Below are positions 48,987-57,922 of a stretch of DNA of 64,000 nt, one piece after another. Numbering within the stretch: the stretch's first letter is position 1; each line of letters opens with the position of its first letter. Under the pieces are notes generated by a model. It ran no database searches, was not told the DNA's origin, and worked only from the letters and a program-made list of their open reading frames with translations. A program made the translations under genes and the position numbers. The stretch spans positions 1,536,001-1,600,000 of the forward strand of contig OZ241329.1 in NCBI GenBank assembly GCA_965199825.1, written 5' to 3'. This DNA is from Bdellovibrionales bacterium (GTDB lineage: Bacteria; Bdellovibrionota; Bdellovibrionia; Bdellovibrionales; UBA1609).

Positions 48987-49459
48987 GGCGGAAGCAGGGG
49001 TTTTATTTTTTCAAATCCTAACAGCACAAGCATACGCAAAGCTTCCAACTCGGAACTTAAATTTAATCGTTTTTGGACTTCACGTAAAATCTCGAGTGAT
49101 TTTGTGTCAATGGGGTTTGTGGCTGGAAGCGATGATTCAATGTGAGTGGTTGTCAGAGTTTGAGTTTGAACGGTTTGTTTTACAGCAGTCGCCATTTCGG
49201 GTTCTTGATCGAACTCTTTAAATCCTTGGGCTAAATTTTTGAGATCTGATTTAAAAGCATTGGCACCCACTTGTGAATCTTGATCCCAAGGGGTGACCGC
49301 ACTGCCGTAGCGTTTAGCATGGAGATAAAGGCTCACCAATGCATCGGCCGATAGCGCACGTTCGCGTACGCTTTGAGGTTGAGCTTTGAGCCAATTGAAC
49401 GCCTGAGCAAGGACTTCACGTGTGTAGGCCTGGGGCGGTGGAGTATTAGAAATCGCCAT
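48983..49459 (-). CDS. Hypothetical protein with possible C-terminal ribbon-helix-helix domain
   Basis: Overlaps the annotated ileS start; C-terminal IDTKSLEILREVQKRLNLSSELEALRMLV. Confidence 0.65.
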   Translation of the reverse strand: MAISNTPPPQAYTREVLAQAFNWLKAQPQSVRERALSADALVSLYLHAKRYGSAVTPWDQDSQVGANAFKSDLKNLAQGFKEFDQEPEMATAVKQTVQTQTLTTTHIESSLPATNPIDTKSLEILREVQKRLNLSSELEALRMLVLLGFEKIKPLLPP

Positions 49460-49527
49460 TCGAACCGGCTAACTTACCGGTTCGATCAAGTCATCATCAA
49501 GATCGACTTCGAGGTGAGCGGCGTGCG

Positions 49528-50373
49528 TTATAGAGAAGTGGTCTGGACGTCGCTGAGATTCAAGATAGGCGCAGCGGGCTTGTCGGTTTTTTGTAACCGA
49601 ATTGCCATTACCAAAACTTCTTTTTTGGCATTGGTAAAGTCCACCAAAATTTTGAGGTCTGAACCGTCAATTTTAACTCGGGCGGTGATCAAAAGTTTTT
49701 CTTCTTTTAGGGTCAGTTTATAAATTTTTTCTGCCGTGCTGAAATGACTTGTATTCAACAGCTGAGCAAAAACATTGCGCACTTTCAGATTGATGGGTCC
49801 ATTAAGGTCGGTGGTATTTGTTCCATCCGCGTCGGCCTTCACATTCAACTGAAGACCAAGCTCAACCGATTGAACGCTTTTGTTTTCATTGACAGTTAAG
49901 CCAGTTAAAATCCGCATCTGATCAATCAAAAAACTTGCTTTGTTATCAACATAATTAAATTGAGCCCCAAGTTGGCCACTGTTGATTGTCATATAGAGTA
50001 AGCTTTGATCTTCTTTTGAAGCCAATCGAACCGCAGCCTCGACCGTTGTGTAAGAGCCAGATTCAACATCTTGAATCTGTGCACTTTCGGCTAATGAAGG
50101 ATCAATGATTTGGCTAAACATCGCATCGCGATCGGCTTGAGCCATTTTTGTCGAAGTCACCGAGACTTTTGATTTTACGGTGGACATTCCTGCCGTGCGC
50201 AGTTGGGCTTTGGATTGAGCACTATTCAATGCACCTGCAGATCCCATTGCACCCGCTCCGCTGCCGCGGTTGATTTGGGTTTTGGTATCCTTTTCTGGAG
50301 CACATCCGATTGTGAGTAGCGCGAAACTTGTCACCGAAAAGCCAAGAATTGCCAAAATTCGTCGATTTACCAT
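49528..50373 (-). CDS. Hypothetical lipoprotein
   Basis: Lipobox TIGC; GAGGGAGG RBS. Confidence 0.7.
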   Translation of the reverse strand: MVNRRILAILGFSVTSFALLTIGCAPEKDTKTQINRGSGAGAMGSAGALNSAQSKAQLRTAGMSTVKSKVSVTSTKMAQADRDAMFSQIIDPSLAESAQIQDVESGSYTTVEAAVRLASKEDQSLLYMTINSGQLGAQFNYVDNKASFLIDQMRILTGLTVNENKSVQSVELGLQLNVKADADGTNTTDLNGPINLKVRNVFAQLLNTSHFSTAEKIYKLTLKEEKLLITARVKIDGSDLKILVDFTNAKKEVLVMAIRLQKTDKPAAPILNLSDVQTTSL

Positions 50374-50485
50374 GATTAAAACCCTCCCTCATACCTCTGA
50401 AGCAATTCATTACAAGAAGGGGACCATCTACAAAAAATGGTGAGAGCCTCAGGATCAATTGGAATGTTTTGGTGAGCTCTGATAA

Positions 50486-51169
50486 ATGTTCGCTATGATA
50501 CAATCTATTTATACTCTATTTTTGGCTATAGCCTTCCCACACTTTGCGTTTGCTCAATGCAATCTTTCAAAGCCTATTATGATCGAACAGATTCGTTTCA
50601 AAGATGTAATGTTTAAAAATTTATATTTTCAGAAGGATTCACCAGCAATTGAAATCACTGATAGAGACGGCCGTTCTATCCTCTTATTATCTCCCATACT
50701 ATTTAAACGTTTGATTGCGACAGAAACTTTTATTGAGGCTTCTATGCCCTACGAATTTGAAGACCTAAAACGTCTGATGGGCAGGGCTTTAAGGGGAGAG
50801 ATAATTCATCTTACCGGAGCGAGAACTAAGAATGAAATGTTTTTGGTCAATCGGGAAAAAGTTGAGATTGCATCATGGATCCGAGTGATCCGACCTAAGG
50901 TTGTCCTTTCAAAGTTTTCTGAAATTTTAGACGAAGTTGATCGACGAAAAGCTTTTGTTCTTGCCAATGAAATTGGTCGTCCGATGGCCGTGCTAAGAAT
51001 GGTAAAGGTCGCGGATCAAAATTTGACCCGCATTAACTATAAAGATTTTAGTAACGAAGAATTAATCTTAAATGTCATCGAGCGCAGTTTTAAAAATAAA
51101 GAGAGCTTTGGGGTGTATCAACGACATGGAACTTACCAATTCGGGATATTTCCACTCGACGCTTTCTAA
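50486..51169 (+). CDS. Hypothetical protein with signal-like N-terminus and possible tandem Phd/YefM-like units
   Basis: 227-aa ORF filling the gap between flanking genes. Confidence 0.6.
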   Translation: MFAMIQSIYTLFLAIAFPHFAFAQCNLSKPIMIEQIRFKDVMFKNLYFQKDSPAIEITDRDGRSILLLSPILFKRLIATETFIEASMPYEFEDLKRLMGRALRGEIIHLTGARTKNEMFLVNREKVEIASWIRVIRPKVVLSKFSEILDEVDRRKAFVLANEIGRPMAVLRMVKVADQNLTRINYKDFSNEELILNVIERSFKNKESFGVYQRHGTYQFGIFPLDAF

Positions 51170-53403
51170 TTATCAAATGGACTGTCGTTCGCCCGCATAA
51201 TCAAATTCACACCTGGTGATTCGCTCTCAGGCAAAACATCAAAATACTTTTGCAGATCTTCCGATGTGAGATGGCGGGTGGTCACGGTTGTGGGCCAAGC
51301 AAAATCCTCATCGCCATTCCCATAATCGGCCGATTTCATATACTTCACCCATAAGGGCAAAGCACTACTGGCCCCAGTCATTCCGGTGGTGAGGTTTTGA
51401 TCATACCCCACCCACACAAGGGTAAGGATATTTGGGGTCATTCCCACAAACCACGAATCTTTTAGATCAGAAGTTGTTCCCGTTTTTCCTGCAGCCAAGC
51501 CCTCAAAGCCCATCAGACGCGCAGCCTTTGCGGTGCCTGAAACAAAAGTGTTTTTCATCATCCCTAAAAGAAGCGCGCTGTTTTCGGCGGTAAAAACTTG
51601 CTCAGGAGTTTGAGTGTATTCAAAAAGGGTTTGGCCATTTAAATTTTCGGCTTTGATCACCAGTGCAGGCTCAATATGATTTCCGAGTCGGGCGAGGGTC
51701 ATGTAACTGGTGGCCAGTTCAATTGGGCGCAGCTCAAAGGCGCCAAGCGTGAGCGAAGGTAGAGGCTCAAGCGTTGAGGTGATGCCTGCGCGCTTTGCGA
51801 CCTCCACAATGTTTTTTAATCCAGCTTCGATCCCAATTTTGGCGGTGGGAACATTTAACGATTCTTTAAGTGCATAGTAGGCTGGAAGCTTACCCCGAAA
51901 TATTTTATCATAATTTCTTGGCGACCAAGTTTGGCCCTCATATTTATGGGTCAAGGGCTCATCCACCACGGTGGTTAAGGGATTAAAATTTAACGTAGAT
52001 TCCAGTGCGGTGAGGTAAACAAAAGGCTTCATCGTTGAGCCCACTTGGCGGCGACTTTCAAAAATTCGATTGAGTTGGGTTTTACGATAATCTCTTCCGC
52101 CCACGAGTGAAAGAATATGGCCCGAATGAAGATCAATACTCACCAAAGCCGCTTCGAGCAGATGACCTTTTGATCTTAAAATTTTGAGATCAGCCCGAGT
52201 GTTTTCGAGATGATCCATTTCATTTCTTAAAAGATGTTGGGCAATGGCTTGGGCATGATTGTCGATGCCAGTTAAAACTCGAAGGCCCTGATCTTTTGGC
52301 AAATCTGCGAGTTGGCGATTAATTTCTCTGACCACGTAAGGGGCGGGTTCACTCATTTGCTGGCCGGGTTTAAGTGGTAATTTTTGTTTTGCAGCTTCGA
52401 TCATTTCGTCTTGCGAAATCATGTTGAGCTTTTGCATGCGCTCAAGCACAATTTTTCGACGTTGAAGAGCTTGGTCAGGATGAATAAAGGGATTAAACCG
52501 TCCTGGCGAATTGATCAATGCGGCAAGCATCGAGCACTCTGAGAGTTCAAGCTCATCTATATTTTTATTAAAATAATGGCGGCTTGCCGCTCCGAAACCG
52601 CGCAGTTCGAAAGCACCGTTCTGACCCATATAAATTTCGTTGAGGTAACTTTGGAGAATCTGATCTTTATCCGCCTTTGTCTCAAGTAAGATTGCCATCA
52701 CTTGTTCGCTCAATTTTCGCGACAAAGTTTTTTTGTGAGTTAAAAACGCATTTTTTACCAACTGCTGAGTGATGGTCGATCCGCCCTCGGCAAAGCGACC
52801 ATGAAGAACATTGCGTAAGACCGCTCGCGCCGTGCCCGAAAAGCTGACCCCTTTGTGCTCCAAAAAATCACTATCTTCGATAGCCGTGACAGCTTGGAGG
52901 CACGACAAAGGAACTCGACCGAGCGCCAAAATGTCTCTTAAAATCAGTTGGTCACCAAAAAACTGGGCAAACAGTTCAGGCTCGAGTTCAAATTTTTCGG
53001 CCTCAGGCGTGATCGTTGTGAGAGTGTTTTGGTTATCAAAAGACAAGGTCATTTTTTGTTCGGTAATTTGAAATGGACCACTTTTTCTAAACACACTCAC
53101 ACAGTTTTGGTTTTCCCCACAGGGCTCTGCTTGAAAATCGCCTGGCAGCAAGCGTTGACTTGAGTTTCGCTCGATATAGCCTCTATCCAACAAAACTTGT
53201 TTAAAGGCATCAGCACCGAGTTTTTGATTTTTTAAAAACACCTTTCCTATCGAAAAATATTCGATCGGTGGCGCGAACCAACCCTTTTCTAGTCGTTGAG
53301 CGACCAGAGTGTTCAGTTGGCTGATCCAAAAAATCATCCATATGATCAAGCCGAGTGTAACGAGCGAAATTGAAACCAAAATTCTTTTTAAGCGAACCGA
53401 CAT
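51166..53403 (-). CDS. mrcB: Class A penicillin-binding protein 1B
   Basis: UB2H-like region, AIEDSDF, GGSTITQQLVKN, RK..E, YLNEIY, GSTMK, SLN, GKTGT; ATG 53403. Confidence 0.9.
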   Translation of the reverse strand: MSVRLKRILVSISLVTLGLIIWMIFWISQLNTLVAQRLEKGWFAPPIEYFSIGKVFLKNQKLGADAFKQVLLDRGYIERNSSQRLLPGDFQAEPCGENQNCVSVFRKSGPFQITEQKMTLSFDNQNTLTTITPEAEKFELEPELFAQFFGDQLILRDILALGRVPLSCLQAVTAIEDSDFLEHKGVSFSGTARAVLRNVLHGRFAEGGSTITQQLVKNAFLTHKKTLSRKLSEQVMAILLETKADKDQILQSYLNEIYMGQNGAFELRGFGAASRHYFNKNIDELELSECSMLAALINSPGRFNPFIHPDQALQRRKIVLERMQKLNMISQDEMIEAAKQKLPLKPGQQMSEPAPYVVREINRQLADLPKDQGLRVLTGIDNHAQAIAQHLLRNEMDHLENTRADLKILRSKGHLLEAALVSIDLHSGHILSLVGGRDYRKTQLNRIFESRRQVGSTMKPFVYLTALESTLNFNPLTTVVDEPLTHKYEGQTWSPRNYDKIFRGKLPAYYALKESLNVPTAKIGIEAGLKNIVEVAKRAGITSTLEPLPSLTLGAFELRPIELATSYMTLARLGNHIEPALVIKAENLNGQTLFEYTQTPEQVFTAENSALLLGMMKNTFVSGTAKAARLMGFEGLAAGKTGTTSDLKDSWFVGMTPNILTLVWVGYDQNLTTGMTGASSALPLWVKYMKSADYGNGDEDFAWPTTVTTRHLTSEDLQKYFDVLPESESPGVNLIMRANDSPFDN

Positions 53404-53513
53404 GCGAAGGATTACAGAAGAGACGCACACAGAAGTCAAAAAAAATGTCGACACTGCGTGACTGATCCGAGACGCCAATTGACAACCGTTTTGATCTTCC
53501 CTTTAGTCGTGCC

Positions 53514-53792
53514 ATGCGACTGACTGAAAAACAAATGCAACGTCTCGTAAAAATGGTTTTCAACGAACTCAAAGATCACAAGATTGTCGAATTCAAAGTT
53601 AAAGAAGAAAAGGCAATCGAGCGCGCAATCCAAGCGCTCAAAAAAGATTATGAGCGCGAGCAACTGCTCGATCGCGATGTCGAAAAGATGATGGATGATC
53701 TTGAACGCAAAAACCCTGGTGAATTTCAACGCTACAAAATGTTTCCGCTCTTAAAAAGACGGCTAGCTAAAGAAAAGGGAATAATCCTGTGA
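53514..53792 (+). CDS. DUF507-family protein
   Basis: MRLTEKQ...MF.LLKRRLAKEKGIIL pattern; first gene of a tandem pair. Confidence 0.75.
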   Translation: MRLTEKQMQRLVKMVFNELKDHKIVEFKVKEEKAIERAIQALKKDYEREQLLDRDVEKMMDDLERKNPGEFQRYKMFPLLKRRLAKEKGIIL

Positions 53793-54061
53793 TTCTTTCT
53801 GACGAGCGACAGACCCATTTTGCCCATCTTATCATCGATAGCATTTGGAACGACGACCTAGTCGATTACACCGACGATGATGAGGCCTTAAGGGCCGCCA
53901 AGCGCTCGATCGGGAAGTTTGTCAAAGAGGGCGAGGACATTGACAAAAAAGCGCGCGAAAAGATAGCTTCGCTCAAACGTGGCGTTATTGAAGGAAGTCC
54001 TGAATGGGACGTCATGTTCGCAAAATATTTTGATGAGGAGATGAGTAAACGTGGCAACTAA
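53789..54061 (+). CDS. DUF507-family protein
   Basis: KAREKIASLKRGVIEGSPEWDVMFAKYFDEEM. Confidence 0.78.
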   Translation: MILSDERQTHFAHLIIDSIWNDDLVDYTDDDEALRAAKRSIGKFVKEGEDIDKKAREKIASLKRGVIEGSPEWDVMFAKYFDEEMSKRGN

Positions 54062-54506
54062 AAAAAAGGCTGCTGGTAAAGCAAAAACCGCGGCCAAACC
54101 TGTGGCGAAGAAATCAGCTGTAAGCCAAAAACCAGCTGCAGGTAAAAAACCCGCAAATAAAAAAGTCGAAAAAAGTAGATCAGCCCAGCCCCCAAATTCG
54201 AGCAAAGCTAAAAAGTCTAAAGCATCGGCTTCGATCACGCCGCTCGACAACCGTGTTGTGGTTCGCCAAAAAGAAGAGAACACAACGTCTGGTGGTTTAA
54301 TTCTAACCACCACCGAAAAACCAACACGTGGAACTGTTCTTGCGATCGGCCGTGGCAAACAAGACAAAAAAGGCCACGTCCATCCTATGGATGTGCAGAT
54401 TGGTGATGAAGTTGTTTTCACCGCATTTAGTGGATCCAATATCGAATGGATGGGCGAGAAAGTTTTGATCCTTCGTGAAGATGAAATCTTAGGCGTAATC
54501 GGATGA
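54051..54506 (+). CDS. groES: Co-chaperonin GroES with Lys/Ala-rich N-terminal extension
   Basis: ITPLDNRVVV, TTSGGLIL, GTVLAIG.G, VQIGDEVVF, ILREDEILGV. Confidence 0.9.
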   Translation: MATKKKAAGKAKTAAKPVAKKSAVSQKPAAGKKPANKKVEKSRSAQPPNSSKAKKSKASASITPLDNRVVVRQKEENTTSGGLILTTTEKPTRGTVLAIGRGKQDKKGHVHPMDVQIGDEVVFTAFSGSNIEWMGEKVLILREDEILGVIG

Positions 54507-55927
54507 GACTGATTATCCTAATAGCTCTGTATAGCGCTTCTTCTTTCGCGGTTGATTTGGACTGGTCAGGGACTTATCGAGTTGAAGCCAATATGATTCG
54601 CAACACGCGACTCGGAGGCGGCGGTGATAAAGAATTTTTTCTTCATCATCTGATTTTAAAACCAAAAATTATCGCAAGCGATGGCCTGACCATCTACGGA
54701 CGTTTGGATTTGCTGAACGCAAATGCACCGTTTGACAATTCGCAATTGGGTCAGTCCTTTGGCAGTGGCATCGGGACTTCAACACCCACAAGTGCCGACA
54801 ACTCAAATGTTTTGAGCCACAGGCAGAAGAGTGATCCGGTTCAGGTCACTCAACTTTATCTTAACTATATTCATGAATATGGCTCACTGATTGTGGGACG
54901 GGCACCTCTCCATTTTGGTTTGGGCATGACCTACAATGCGGGCGAAGGCCTCTTTGATCATTGGCTTGAGACCAGAGACTTGGTTGCCTATAAGGTCGTC
55001 TTCGGAAATATTTCGCTCACGCCGATGTTGGCGCGTGTTTATCAAGGGTCGTACGCCGGCAATCGCAATATTACCGACTATATGATTGAAGCTCGTTATG
55101 ACAATCCAGAAACAAATTCTGAGATGGGCGTGCTCTATTCGGTTCGTCAAGCCGGCGGCTCGGTCAACGATGCGCCCTTAGGAACGGATCCCAATGGAGT
55201 TTTCGGCGGGGCTGCACCGGTTCAGGCCAACGACAACTTTAGTCAGCAGACTTTAAATATTTTTGTTCTGAAAGATGTGAGCCAATTTCGTTTAGGATTT
55301 GAGGGTTCCTTTTTGTCGGGTTCAAATGGTGTTCACGATAGCTCAGGCAATTCCGGATCATTTAATGCTTACGGTGTGGCAATTGAAGGCGAGTGGCGCC
55401 CCGAAAATTCCAAATGGCGACCAGGCGCAAAAATTGGATTTGCCACCGGTGACAATCCCGACACCACCGATCGATTTGAGGGTTATGCGTTCAATCGCAA
55501 TTATGATGTAGCGATGCTTTTATTTAATTATCCTTTGGGCAAAGCCGATTTTTTACGGACCGCAGCTGCAGGGGGTGGACCAAACATTCCAGGTCGCGAA
55601 CCCAGTGACACTCTCGATACCGAATCGATCAGCAATGTTTTTTATTTAGCTCCCTATGCTGATTATCATTTGAGTGATCGTTTTAGTCTTCATGGTGTTT
55701 TGGCCACGGGTTATTTGGTGCAAAATCCATTGGCAGGTGTCACCACCAAAAAAGATCTTGGATATGAACTGGATGTCGCGCTTAATTATAAAATAAAGGC
55801 GAATGTGAGCTGGGCGACAACGCTTGGTGTGATGTTGCCGGGTGGAGCATTTAAGGGTGATCCTTCAAATAGTTTTCAAACCAGTTTTGCTTATGGTCTA
55901 CAAACGCGGGCTGCCGTTCGCTTCTAA
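54503..55927 (+). CDS. Outer-membrane beta-barrel (porin-like) protein
   Basis: Signal peptide, VGRAPLHFGLGM, DLGYELD, C-terminal AAVRF. Confidence 0.75.
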   Translation: MRLIILIALYSASSFAVDLDWSGTYRVEANMIRNTRLGGGGDKEFFLHHLILKPKIIASDGLTIYGRLDLLNANAPFDNSQLGQSFGSGIGTSTPTSADNSNVLSHRQKSDPVQVTQLYLNYIHEYGSLIVGRAPLHFGLGMTYNAGEGLFDHWLETRDLVAYKVVFGNISLTPMLARVYQGSYAGNRNITDYMIEARYDNPETNSEMGVLYSVRQAGGSVNDAPLGTDPNGVFGGAAPVQANDNFSQQTLNIFVLKDVSQFRLGFEGSFLSGSNGVHDSSGNSGSFNAYGVAIEGEWRPENSKWRPGAKIGFATGDNPDTTDRFEGYAFNRNYDVAMLLFNYPLGKADFLRTAAAGGGPNIPGREPSDTLDTESISNVFYLAPYADYHLSDRFSLHGVLATGYLVQNPLAGVTTKKDLGYELDVALNYKIKANVSWATTLGVMLPGGAFKGDPSNSFQTSFAYGLQTRAAVRF

Positions 55928-56003
55928 GATTGCATCTCGAAAAACATCTCGATTTTACATCTTTGTACACAACACGAATTCAATTGGTTAGCGGCAGTTG
56001 CAG

Positions 56004-56032
56004 ACCCAGGGGGAAACCCCTGGGTTTTTTTT
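56004..56032 (+). terminator. Intrinsic terminator
   Basis: ACCCAGGGG-GAAA-CCCCTGGGT followed by a T run. Confidence 0.88.
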
Positions 56033-56447
56033 AACTAGGACCACTTTCAAAGCCGATGGCGTTGAGCCACTCTTGGGTGGGCGCGATCAACTTTCTTGCT
56101 TTGAGATCAAAAAGACCCACGGTCAAATCCATCTCACAGCAGCTCTGCTTTTTTTGATCTTCGATCCATTGTCGCATTTTACCGATTTTACCGGTGTAGG
56201 TCAGCATCTGTGTATAAACTGATACTGTTTGACGCAAACGAAGCTCTTTTAAAAATTTGAGCTGGAGTTCTAAAAGAATGGGCCCCACTTGTGTGCGATG
56301 AATCTCGGGAAGGCTAAACCCAAAATCTTTGATCGCCTCCCAGCGGGCTTCCTCAAAAATTTCAAGATACTTGGCATTGTTGACGTGCCCAAATGTATCA
56401 AGATGAGATTCGCGAATGAGGAGCTCGTAGCATGTGGTTCGATTCAT
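56031..56447 (-). CDS. Acyl-CoA thioesterase (4HBT/FadM-like hot-dog fold)
   Basis: HLDTFGHVNNAKYLEIFEEARW; ATG 56447. Confidence 0.9.
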   Translation of the reverse strand: MNRTTCYELLIRESHLDTFGHVNNAKYLEIFEEARWEAIKDFGFSLPEIHRTQVGPILLELQLKFLKELRLRQTVSVYTQMLTYTGKIGKMRQWIEDQKKQSCCEMDLTVGLFDLKARKLIAPTQEWLNAIGFESGPS

Positions 56448-56686
56448 AGGTCTATTGTGACAAGGAGTTGAACTCAAAGACAAGCGCATTTGGTCACAGT
56501 TTGTCGATCGACCTTAAGTCCCCAAATCTCCTTATGAAATTGAATACAGAACAACACACTCCGTTTAAAATCGACAGGTGTCGAACTTTGATGCGCCCTC
56601 AGGATTGATAGAAATCAATTACTTAACTCATGAAACAAGTTGGCCCGAAGCTTGGAATACAAAGGGGTAAGAGAGAGGTTTTATTT

Positions 56687-57880
56687 ATGAGAAAATCAAA
56701 TGTTTATGTCTTGTTGTTGTTGTGCACTATGGGCTTTGACTTTATTACCACTCACCAGTCGGTAAATAAGATGAGTTTATCAAGCACTGCCGATGACTCC
56801 AATGACTTAAGCGGCTGCGTAGGGCAAGTCAGTTGCCGAGTCAGCTATGATGTGAAGTCAAATAAATCCAAACTCACCGTCGACTATAGTATTAGTTTTG
56901 TTGAAGGTAAGGCGCAGGTCTCACCTTTTGCTCAACTTACAGGTGATACAAATAAGACAAGCGAAGCCACCATCCAAGTCTTAGTTGCAGGATGCGAAAC
57001 TTGTGCAAGACAGTTTGCGAAATCGACTCCCCAAGCCCAAATGCTCCAAGCCATTGGACCCGCGATTAAAAAGAATGCCGAAAAACGAGTGGAGCAACAA
57101 GAGCAAGCTCGCCTTGATGAAGAAAAACGAAAATTAAATGCAAAAGCTTTTGAGCGATGTGAAAAAAGCGAAAACGGTGAAGCCTTTGATCATTCTGAGC
57201 GTTTGAGCTGTATGAATGATCGCATGTCCGACATGAACGAAAAAGAACAAAAGAAATACTACGCAGACACGGTACTGCCATTTATGAATAAGCTTCTAGG
57301 TTCGCAATCCGAATCCGATCGCACCGCTGTTAAAGATATGCTCGAGAATTTTAATGTAGCAGACCAAGGTATCAATGAGTCGCTCAATGTTCTTCGCCAT
57401 GCCACACAAGTTCAAGAAGCAATCACTTTGTATGCTCGCCGATTTGGAACAAACACCAACACAGCACAAGGCCAACTTGCAGCAATGCAATTGCAAAACG
57501 GAATTTCTCAAGATCCCAATTTTTACAATGTGAGAACTCAGCTCGGTCAGCAAACAGCCTCATACTGGCAAGCTGAATCGTTAAACGAGATTCAAGTGGC
57601 TAAAGCTAAACCCACAATGTTTGGTGCAGCAGCTCCAACCAATATCGAAAATCAAATTTCGCAACTCTCGGATCAGATTCGCCAGAATGATGTAAAGAGC
57701 TTTCAACAAACTCTTCCTTATGGTGCACAACGTGTGTTGCCAAATGGACGCCGCGACTACAGTGTTCCGGTGCCTGCAGCAAACCTTGCCAATCAGAGTA
57801 ATTCTGTGTTGACCAACTCTTGCCTCACTCGCGGAATCTCATTTGATCAAACCACTCAGTGCGGTTCGAATACTCTTTAA
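56687..57880 (+). CDS. Hypothetical secreted protein
   Basis: Long ORF; GAGGT RBS before ATG 56687 and hydrophobic N-terminus. Confidence 0.65.
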   Translation: MRKSNVYVLLLLCTMGFDFITTHQSVNKMSLSSTADDSNDLSGCVGQVSCRVSYDVKSNKSKLTVDYSISFVEGKAQVSPFAQLTGDTNKTSEATIQVLVAGCETCARQFAKSTPQAQMLQAIGPAIKKNAEKRVEQQEQARLDEEKRKLNAKAFERCEKSENGEAFDHSERLSCMNDRMSDMNEKEQKKYYADTVLPFMNKLLGSQSESDRTAVKDMLENFNVADQGINESLNVLRHATQVQEAITLYARRFGTNTNTAQGQLAAMQLQNGISQDPNFYNVRTQLGQQTASYWQAESLNEIQVAKAKPTMFGAAAPTNIENQISQLSDQIRQNDVKSFQQTLPYGAQRVLPNGRRDYSVPVPAANLANQSNSVLTNSCLTRGISFDQTTQCGSNTL

Positions 57881-57890
57881 GATTAAATTT

Positions 57891-57922
57891 GCCAGCCCTT
57901 TCAAGCGGCTGGCTTTTTGTTT
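57891..57922 (+). terminator. Intrinsic terminator between convergent genes
   Basis: GCCAGCC...GGCTGGC followed by TTTTTGTTTT. Confidence 0.75.

Noticed and set aside
55930..56032. tRNA or small RNA after the porin gene
   Set aside because: No cloverleaf or TTCGA T-loop; only a terminator hairpin is supportable
56641..56656. sigma54-like TGGCCCG-N4-TTGGA (and TGGTCCC-N4-TTGTA on the minus strand near 50411-50426)
   Set aside because: The -12 GC dinucleotide is not intact; insufficient support to call
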